Origin: Saprospiraceae bacterium
Lineage (GTDB): Bacteria > Bacteroidota > Bacteroidia > Chitinophagales > Saprospiraceae
Reading direction: 5' to 3'
Assembly (NCBI GenBank): GCA_044350415.1
Contig: JBILHQ010000001.1
Location: forward strand, 22,257 to 86,256
Length of the DNA stretch: 64,000 bases
A program made the translations under genes and the position numbers. This document shows, in pieces, positions 17,319-24,035 of the stretch (position 1 is the first letter of the stretch; each line of letters starts with the position of its first letter). The notes beneath the pieces were generated by a model. The model made no database searches and was not told the origin of the DNA. It was given only the letters and a program-made list of their open reading frames with translations.

Positions 17319-18407
17319 CTACGCTTTTTTATGCATTTGCTGGTTCGCTTTCCGTTGGTCGTTCATGCGGTTTTCGAGGGTATAAATGTACTCCCGGGCT
17401 TTTTTATTGCCGTGTTTTTCCCAGCTAATTTTGGCCCATTCCTGAGCGAGAATAGCATTGCCGCTCAGTTCTGCGGCGACGGCCATATTGTAAGCGGTAC
17501 GACCTGCCACTTTTTTATTGGTTAGATTGGACTCGTAAATCCGTTTCCATTGTTCGGCAGCTTTGTCCCAGGAACCCGCTTTCGCGAAGCGGTCGGCCTG
17601 TTTCATCTCGGTTTTATGACCTTTGGCTTTGGCGTAGTATGCTCTGGACACCTGTACATAGGTAGGCGCAATGCGCATTCCATAATGTTCGCCACCGATA
17701 TTAGCGACCTGGCGGGTGACCGAAGTTTGTGACGGAAGTCGGTTGACTGCTTCGCGTTCAGTACTCCCGGAGCCATCACTCACCGTAAAATCATCGGTGG
17801 TGTACTCGTCGATAATGATTTTGGATTGTGGGTCATACATACGCCAGCCCATACGTACGCTGCTGCGCATATCGGAGTGATAGGTCACCGTGATGGTTTC
17901 TTTACCCGTTTTGGCATTTTTGGATTTACTTTCCCGGCGGACCGTTGATACATTATTGTCGGTATCGAATGATTCGATGGCAACCACTGCATCGGCGTGA
18001 TTTTCGCGGCAAACGCGTTCGATTTCACTCCAGGGCAGCGGTTGCGGCATGTTACTACCAGCTTTGCTGCCAGTCATTTCAATACCTGTGCGAATGACCT
18101 GAAAACGGGGTGTATTCCGCAGACCTTCTGTGAGTCCGTCCACCGCTTCTTCCCGGCTGCGGCGGTCCTGACCGATTGCCTCACCAGTGAGTACGCCTTC
18201 CAGGACATTGAGCCAGCCATTGGAGGGTTTGCTGCGGTCGACTACCGCTAATTTAGCAATATGTTCGGGGACCGTAAATTTTGCAGGTTGCAGGACCGTC
18301 ATGGACGCAGAGCGCATACAACTGCTAAGGGACGCGATGGCGATTGCGCTGAAAAAGAGGTGGTGGAGCAGCTTCATAGTGAAGTTAGGTTGGCAATGAT
18401 AACCCAT
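17319..18407 (-). CDS. hypothetical lipoprotein with helical C-terminal region
   Basis: Lipobox-like signal (MKLLHHLFFSAIAIASLSSC), so the start is probably the second Met at 18377. The C-terminal third is helical/TPR-like (AEQWKRIYES...AYNMAVAAELSGN...). No enzymatic motif was seen. Confidence 0.6.
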   Translation of the reverse strand: MGYHCQPNFTMKLLHHLFFSAIAIASLSSCMRSASMTVLQPAKFTVPEHIAKLAVVDRSKPSNGWLNVLEGVLTGEAIGQDRRSREEAVDGLTEGLRNTPRFQVIRTGIEMTGSKAGSNMPQPLPWSEIERVCRENHADAVVAIESFDTDNNVSTVRRESKSKNAKTGKETITVTYHSDMRSSVRMGWRMYDPQSKIIIDEYTTDDFTVSDGSGSTEREAVNRLPSQTSVTRQVANIGGEHYGMRIAPTYVQVSRAYYAKAKGHKTEMKQADRFAKAGSWDKAAEQWKRIYESNLTNKKVAGRTAYNMAVAAELSGNAILAQEWAKISWEKHGNKKAREYIYTLENRMNDQRKANQQMHKKA

Positions 18408-18539
18408 GAATAATGCACAAAGATAAGAATTACATGAATATTTGCATCCCTTGTTCTAATAACGCCCCAGCTACCCGAAAAAGCGTAAACCGAATCATTC
18501 GCAAATCGTGCTTCGACCGCGCTCAGTAATAAAATCGAA

Positions 18540-20954
18540 TTATTCCGCCGCTTTCATCAACTGCTCCAGCGTACTTTTCACCTGCTTGATACTCCGTATT
18601 TCCTCCTGGACCAGGATAAAATCCTTATTCGTTTGTTTGAGCGAAATGCCCATTTTGCGACCGTAATTAGCTACAAAAGCGAGAATTTTGTGGAAATAAG
18701 GCGTTTCGAAAAAGATGGATTGTGGTTTCGAGAGGAAATAACAACGCAGTTTACCGCCTTTGAGAATGAGGCGTTCAAAACCGAGGCGTTTACACATCCA
18801 TTGCAGGCGAATGGCCTCAAACAGCGTGAATACCGGCACCGGAATTTTCCCAAACCGGTCAGTCAGCATTTCTGCGAATTTCGTGAGTCCTTCTTCATCG
18901 GCCACTTCGTTCAGTTGGGTATACAGCGACAGGCGCTCCTGAATATTAGTGATGTACAAATCGGGGATCAGCATCTCCAGGTCGGTTTCGATAGTGACGT
19001 CCCGTACAAAGTCGTGTTTTTTGGCCAATTCTTCGCGGAAAAGGTCCTTGAAATCGGTTTCTTTTAATTCATGGATGGCTTCGTCGAGAATTTTTTGGTA
19101 GGTTTCATACCCAATATCGGCGATAAACCCACTTTGTTCGCCGCCCAATAAGTTACCGGCACCGCGAATATCCATATCGCGCATGGCCACCTGAAAACCA
19201 TCGCCGAGGTCGCTGAATTCCTCGATTGTTTTGAGCCGTTTACGGGCTTCATTACTGAGCACCGAAAACGGTGGCGCAAACAAATAACAGTAAGCTTTGG
19301 TATTGGAGCGGCCTACCCGACCGCGCAACTGGTGGAGGTCTGATAAGCCAAACATATCCGCCCGGTTGATGATAATCGTGTTGGCATTAGGGATATCAAG
19401 CCCGGTTTCAATAATATTGGTGCAGGCCAATACCTCATGGCGGCGTTCGATAAAGTCCATCAGGGTTTGCTCGAGCGCTTCCGGGGGCATTTGTCCGTGG
19501 GCGTAAGCGATGTCTATATCAGGGCAAATTCGCTGCAACATTTCCACCACTTTGGGAAGTTCCGTCACCCTGTTGTGGACAAAAAACACCTGTCCGCCAC
19601 GGTTTATTTCGTGGTAAACAGCATCCCGGATCAGGTCTTCGTTGAACACCCGGATCTCTGTATGGATGGGTTGGCGGTTGGGTGGTGGCGTGCGCAAAAT
19701 ACTCATGTCCCTGGCTGCCATCAGAGAGAACTGGAGCGTGCGGGGAATGGGTGTGGCGGTGAGGGTAAGGGTATCGACATTAACCTGGAGCGCCCGCAAT
19801 TTTTCTTTGGCCGCCACCCCGAATTTTTGTTCTTCATCGACCACCAGCAAGCCCAGATCTTTGAATTGGGTATCCTTACTCAGTAGTGCATGGGTGCCGA
19901 TAATGATATCTATTTTCCCTGCGGCTAATTGCACTAAAATTTCTTTTTTCTCTTTGGCCGACCGGAACCGGTTGATAAAATCAACAGTGACCGGGAATTC
20001 ACTCAAGCGTTCGGAAATAGTTTTCCAGTGTTGCAGTGCGAGAATGGTAGTAGGGACCAGAATGGCCACTTGTTTGCCATCGGTTACTGCTTTGAAGGCG
20101 GCGCGAATGGCCACCTCCGTTTTGCCAAATCCGACATCGCCGCATACTAACCGATCCATTGGATAGTCTTTCTCCATATCTGCTTTTACATCGGCGGTAG
20201 ATTTGATCTGATCCGGCGTGTCTTCATAAATAAACGATGCTTCCAATTCATTTTGGAGGTAACCATCTGGCGGGAAAGCATGCCCTGGTGTGGAGCGGCG
20301 TTTGGCGTACAGTTTAATCAGCTCGGCAGCGATATCCTTGATTTTTTTCTTGGTACGCGCCTTGGTTTGCTGCCAGGCATCAGAGCCGAGGCGGTTCAAT
20401 TGGGGTTCTGTTCCTTCTTTTCCGACGTATTTGCTGATTTTATGCAGCGATTGAATGCTCACGTAGAGCATATCATTGTTTTTGTAGATCAACCGTGCAG
20501 CTTCCTGAATTTGTCCGCCGATTTCAATTTTTTGCAGTCCCGAGAACTTACCAACTCCATGATCAATATGCGTCACGTAGTCGCCTGTTTGCAACTCCCG
20601 TACGAGGCGGATATTCAAGGATTGGTCTTTGGAGAAACCCGTGCGAAGTTTGTACTGGTGATAGCGCTGGAATATCTGATGGTCAGTCAATGCCACGATA
20701 CGCAGGTCCTCATCGATAAATCCTTCTGAAAGGTCCGACTCTACCGGCAGCCATTGAATATTGGCTTTCAGGTCTTTAAATATAGCCCGCAACCGGTCCA
20801 GTTGCTTTGGATTGTCGGAACAAATAAATATATCGTACCCCGCAGCTTTCCAGTCGTGCAGAGAACGGATCAGCAGATCAAAATTTTTATTAAACGAGGG
20901 TTGCGGCTTAGCAGCAAAAGAAATGGTCTTTGCAGCCGCTGGTAAAAGAGACAT
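18540..20954 (-). CDS. mfd: transcription-repair coupling factor Mfd, lacking the N-terminal UvrB-homology module
   Basis: The RNAP-interacting domain is GDYVTHIDHGVGKFSGL...LYVSIQSLHKISKYVG. Helicase motifs are GDVGFGKTE and LLVVDEEQKFG, and a C-terminal D7-like region is present. Walker A Lys is at about residue 278, versus about 634 in the 1148-aa E. coli Mfd. The upstream frame closes at about 21036 inside a repeat. Confidence 0.85.
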   Translation of the reverse strand: MSLLPAAAKTISFAAKPQPSFNKNFDLLIRSLHDWKAAGYDIFICSDNPKQLDRLRAIFKDLKANIQWLPVESDLSEGFIDEDLRIVALTDHQIFQRYHQYKLRTGFSKDQSLNIRLVRELQTGDYVTHIDHGVGKFSGLQKIEIGGQIQEAARLIYKNNDMLYVSIQSLHKISKYVGKEGTEPQLNRLGSDAWQQTKARTKKKIKDIAAELIKLYAKRRSTPGHAFPPDGYLQNELEASFIYEDTPDQIKSTADVKADMEKDYPMDRLVCGDVGFGKTEVAIRAAFKAVTDGKQVAILVPTTILALQHWKTISERLSEFPVTVDFINRFRSAKEKKEILVQLAAGKIDIIIGTHALLSKDTQFKDLGLLVVDEEQKFGVAAKEKLRALQVNVDTLTLTATPIPRTLQFSLMAARDMSILRTPPPNRQPIHTEIRVFNEDLIRDAVYHEINRGGQVFFVHNRVTELPKVVEMLQRICPDIDIAYAHGQMPPEALEQTLMDFIERRHEVLACTNIIETGLDIPNANTIIINRADMFGLSDLHQLRGRVGRSNTKAYCYLFAPPFSVLSNEARKRLKTIEEFSDLGDGFQVAMRDMDIRGAGNLLGGEQSGFIADIGYETYQKILDEAIHELKETDFKDLFREELAKKHDFVRDVTIETDLEMLIPDLYITNIQERLSLYTQLNEVADEEGLTKFAEMLTDRFGKIPVPVFTLFEAIRLQWMCKRLGFERLILKGGKLRCYFLSKPQSIFFETPYFHKILAFVANYGRKMGISLKQTNKDFILVQEEIRSIKQVKSTLEQLMKAAE

Positions 20955-20958
20955 GGCG

Positions 20959-20966
20959 CAAAGGTA
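20959..20966 (-). promoter_or_regulatory. candidate -7 box TACCTTTG immediately upstream of the mfd ATG
   Basis: The plus-strand CAAAGGTA is TAnnTTTG on the minus strand, ending 4 nt before ATG 20954. This implies a leaderless or near-leaderless transcript if it is used. Confidence 0.3.
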
Positions 20967-20971
20967 GGGAA

Positions 20972-21104
20972 AAGAATATCGAACACCGAATATCGAATAT
21001 CTAAGTGTGTAAAGGGTGCCCCAAGCAGATCGTTTTCAGGTAGTTACTTTAACTACGGTCCGCTCTACACACTTCGATATTCGGTGTTCGAAATTCAATA
21101 TTCT
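20972..21104. repeat. family-2 palindromic intergenic element, copy F
   Basis: The left arm is AAGAATATCGAACACCGAATATCGAATATCTAAGTGTGTAAAGGGTGCCCCAAGCAG. The right arm is CTCTACACACTTCGATATTCGGTGTTCGAAATTCAATATTCTT. It shares the CCCCAAGCA / CTCTAC core with family 1. Confidence 0.85.
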
Positions 21105-21140
21105 TTTCATCTCCCTCTTGCGCATATCAAACAACTCCTG

Positions 21141-21148
21141 TACTTTTG
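21141..21148 (+). promoter_or_regulatory. Bacteroidota -7 promoter box TACTTTTG
   Basis: Exact TAnnTTTG, 51 nt upstream of ATG 21199. Confidence 0.45.
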
Positions 21149-21149
21149 C

Positions 21150-21173
21150 GGTGTATTAAATACATAGTACACT
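21150..21173 (+). promoter_or_regulatory. candidate YtrA-type GntR operator GGTGTA-N12-TACACT
   Basis: The inverted repeat GGTGTA (21150-55) / TACACT (21168-73) sits directly after the -7 box. It contains the nested perfect palindrome TGTATT-A-AATACA (21152-64). It resembles the B. subtilis YtrA box AGTGTA-N13-TACACT as I recall it. Confidence 0.4.
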
Positions 21174-21198
21174 AATTCACTAATAAAGATATGCACCT

Positions 21199-22035
21199 AT
21201 GATTGCTATTAACGGGATTTCATTTTGGTACAACCGCAGCAGACCAGTGCTGGAAGACCTCACTTTGCAGATGGATACGGGCGGAGTGTATGGCGTACTG
21301 GGCGCTAATGGAGTGGGCAAGACTACTTTACTACAACTGATTGGTGGCTTACTCAGCCCCAAAACTGGTGTGATTGCAGTAGATGGTCAATCACCCAGCC
21401 TGCGGCAGGCCAGCTGGCTTGAAAAAATTTTCTACGTTCCCGTAGAGTTTGATCTTCCCAACCTTAAGGTGGCCACTTTTGGCCGTCGGTTACAGCACTT
21501 TTATTCCAAATTTGATGAAAAAATGTGGGATAATGCCTTGCATACCTTTGGTATCCTGCAAGGTGAGGCGATTAGTGCATTGTCTTTTGGGCAGAAAAAG
21601 AAGGTATTGCTCAGTTTTGCTTTAGCGAGTGGATGCGATATTTTACTGTTCGACGAGCCGACTGATGGGCTGGACATACCTTCCAAAGACCATTTTCGGC
21701 GATTGTTGAGCAGCTATATTGGCGACAGCCGCATGGCAGTGATTACCACCCACCATGTGCATGATGTGGAGATGTTGCTCGATCATGTCATTGTATTGAA
21801 GGACAAACATTTGTTGCTCAATGCTTCGCTCACTGATATTGCTGCGCATGTACACACAGTGATCACCCCGCAGCTCCCACCAGAAGATTCCATTATTTAT
21901 TCCGAACGGGTGGCAGGAGGCTACCATTGTTTGGTGAAAAACACCCGGGATGGCGAAGGGGGACTCAACCTGGAACTCCTGTTCAAAGCCATTCAACGCT
22001 ATCCTGAACTCGCTAAAAGTTATTTACAACTATGA
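21199..22035 (+). CDS. ABC transporter ATP-binding protein (YtrB-like)
   Basis: Walker A GANGVGKTT, signature LSFGQKKK, Walker B ILLFDEPTDGLD. Confidence 0.9.
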   Translation: MIAINGISFWYNRSRPVLEDLTLQMDTGGVYGVLGANGVGKTTLLQLIGGLLSPKTGVIAVDGQSPSLRQASWLEKIFYVPVEFDLPNLKVATFGRRLQHFYSKFDEKMWDNALHTFGILQGEAISALSFGQKKKVLLSFALASGCDILLFDEPTDGLDIPSKDHFRRLLSSYIGDSRMAVITTHHVHDVEMLLDHVIVLKDKHLLLNASLTDIAAHVHTVITPQLPPEDSIIYSERVAGGYHCLVKNTRDGEGGLNLELLFKAIQRYPELAKSYLQL

Positions 22036-22802
22036 ATAACAGGTTTGATTTTCGCCGCTTTATCCAGGTGATGTGGTATACCTGGGTTACCCAGTCGCTG
22101 TTGCCATATATCGCTATGGCCGTATCCGCATTGCTGGTTTTTCTTTATTTGTCGTTGGGTGCCAGAAACGGGAATGCTTCTTTTTATAACAATGATTCCT
22201 TTTTGGCATTCACTTTTTACTTTTTAGGTTGTGGCTGGTTGTATGCCGGCTTGATGTTCGGTGAATTTAGCAAAAGATCCACCACGGGTTTTTATTTACA
22301 CCTGCCTGCTTCCATCACGGAAAAATGGTTAGCCAAAGTATTGCTGACGTTTATTGTTTTTCCTACGGTATTGTGTTTCTTTTTCAGACTTTCCTATTGG
22401 GGATTTAATGAATTGTCGGCCAGGCTATTAGCGTTCAGATACCTGCCATTCGAATGGGGTTCAAGGAATATGCAGGTAATTTTTTTTTTGTTTTTTCTAT
22501 CCTTGCCCGCAGCCTTTGCATCGGGGCTGATTTGGCGGCGTTTTGGTATTTTTAAAGGAATAGTTGTTGTTTTCGGGTTGTTTTTGGCATTAGCCCTCGT
22601 GGCAGATATTGGTTTTGGCCTGTATCCCTACCAATCAACGCACAGCGTACTGCTTCAGGAAGTTAATATCCCCTTTTTTGAACTGGATAGTCCGGATTCA
22701 ACCCGCACATTAGTGATGTGGTTTTGGGCATTAGCCATATACATTCCCTCGCTGTTGTTTTTTGTAGCCACCTGGTTTTTCATGAAAGAAAAGGAGATCT
22801 AA
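22032..22802 (+). CDS. multi-pass membrane protein (putative ABC-2-type permease partner)
   Basis: About 6 hydrophobic helices. Its ATGA start overlaps the stop of the ATPase gene. No catalytic motif was seen. Confidence 0.6.
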   Translation: MNNRFDFRRFIQVMWYTWVTQSLLPYIAMAVSALLVFLYLSLGARNGNASFYNNDSFLAFTFYFLGCGWLYAGLMFGEFSKRSTTGFYLHLPASITEKWLAKVLLTFIVFPTVLCFFFRLSYWGFNELSARLLAFRYLPFEWGSRNMQVIFFLFFLSLPAAFASGLIWRRFGIFKGIVVVFGLFLALALVADIGFGLYPYQSTHSVLLQEVNIPFFELDSPDSTRTLVMWFWALAIYIPSLLFFVATWFFMKEKEI

Positions 22803-22805
22803 ATT

Positions 22806-23177
22806 ATGGAATTTCAAACACAAGCTGCAATCTGGATGCAAATTGCGCAACAGATTGCCACCAGAATAATGGCAGGCGAATGGCCTCCCGGCGAGCGAAT
22901 TCCGTCGGTTCGTGAACTGGCTGCAGAAATACAGGTCAACCCCAATACAGTAGCCCGTTCTGTCACTTTTCTCCAGGACGAAGGTGTCATTGTCAACCAA
23001 CGCGGCATTGGTTATTTCGTGGCAGAAGACGGAGTCGCCAAAGCGCAGGCGATGCGTAAACGGGCATTTACCGAGGCATTGTTACCTGCTTTTTTCCAAA
23101 CCGCGGACCAGTTAGGCATTTCCTGGGAGGAACTCAAAACATTGTATCACCAATTTCAACAAAAAAATAAGCTATGA
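22806..23177 (+). CDS. GntR family transcriptional regulator, YtrA subfamily (wHTH only, 123 aa)
   Basis: The winged-helix motif is IPSVRELAAEIQVNPNTVARSVTFLQDEGVIVNQRGIGYFV. The C-terminal effector region is short. Confidence 0.9.
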   Translation: MEFQTQAAIWMQIAQQIATRIMAGEWPPGERIPSVRELAAEIQVNPNTVARSVTFLQDEGVIVNQRGIGYFVAEDGVAKAQAMRKRAFTEALLPAFFQTADQLGISWEELKTLYHQFQQKNKL

Positions 23178-24025
23178 AAATCGGGTTGTTAATGGTTATT
23201 ACAGCAGTATCGCTGTTCACGGGAACAATAGTATGGAGTACAGTGAAAACAGTAGGCCGAAAGCGGTATGATATTACAGAAAAAGTAAGGGCTAATTTGC
23301 AACCAGACCGCCAAACGGAACATGCTTTTTTTTACGCGGTAAAAAACACTGTCTCCTGTAAAGTGAATGCGCCGGTAAATGTGGAGTTGGATGAAAGTTT
23401 TACCGGTGTGGAATTACTGGGCGATACCAGTGTATTTAAATATTTATTGGTGCATACGAACCAAACACCAACAAAATCAGATTGGGTAGATATTGAAATG
23501 ATGCCTGCGGTACAGATTGCCGAAGCAGATGCGGCCACTGATAAAATTAAAAAGAATACCATAAAATATGACAGTACCCACCAGCAAATTGTTGCCGCAG
23601 CCAATATTACTGTTCGAATAGGCATTGGCTCCGGGGAAAAGATGGGTATTCCCGAGCGGCAGTTGGTTTTTCTGGGTTGTAAAAAAGTACAAACCGTTAC
23701 ACCCGTTACCGGAAGAAAATTATTAATTAATTTAGGGAGCTCTGACTCCACAATGATACAGTTGAATGTGCAATGCCTTGAATTGACCGCCACAGGAAGC
23801 ACTCGTAAATATGTAGCCCTCCGTGGAAAAGTGGACTGGGCCCACTACATGTTGTCTTTTACGGATTTGTACGCCCAGGATTTGATTTCGGAGGAGTCGT
23901 ACTTGTCGCGATGGAATAATAGTGCTGCAAATATCCAGGCAACAGAGATTGTAAATGCCAGGCGGGAGAACGATTGCCTGCTGAACATTACAGGAAATCC
24001 AAAGTATCAGCGGGTTACAGAATAA
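23174..24025 (+). CDS. membrane-anchored hypothetical protein (possibly DUF2807/GIN-like beta-rich domain)
   Basis: N-terminal TM helix and an ATGA overlap with the GntR stop. The repetitive beta-strand-like sequence gives only weak family resemblance. Confidence 0.45.
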   Translation: MKIGLLMVITAVSLFTGTIVWSTVKTVGRKRYDITEKVRANLQPDRQTEHAFFYAVKNTVSCKVNAPVNVELDESFTGVELLGDTSVFKYLLVHTNQTPTKSDWVDIEMMPAVQIAEADAATDKIKKNTIKYDSTHQQIVAAANITVRIGIGSGEKMGIPERQLVFLGCKKVQTVTPVTGRKLLINLGSSDSTMIQLNVQCLELTATGSTRKYVALRGKVDWAHYMLSFTDLYAQDLISEESYLSRWNNSAANIQATEIVNARRENDCLLNITGNPKYQRVTE

Positions 24026-24035
24026 AAAACAGTAA

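Noticed and set aside
21075-21095. A tRNA T-arm-like string (GGTGTTCGAAATTC) in element F, with similar strings in element G.
   Set aside because: No acceptor stem, D-arm or anticodon arm can be drawn around it. It is simply the family-2 word.
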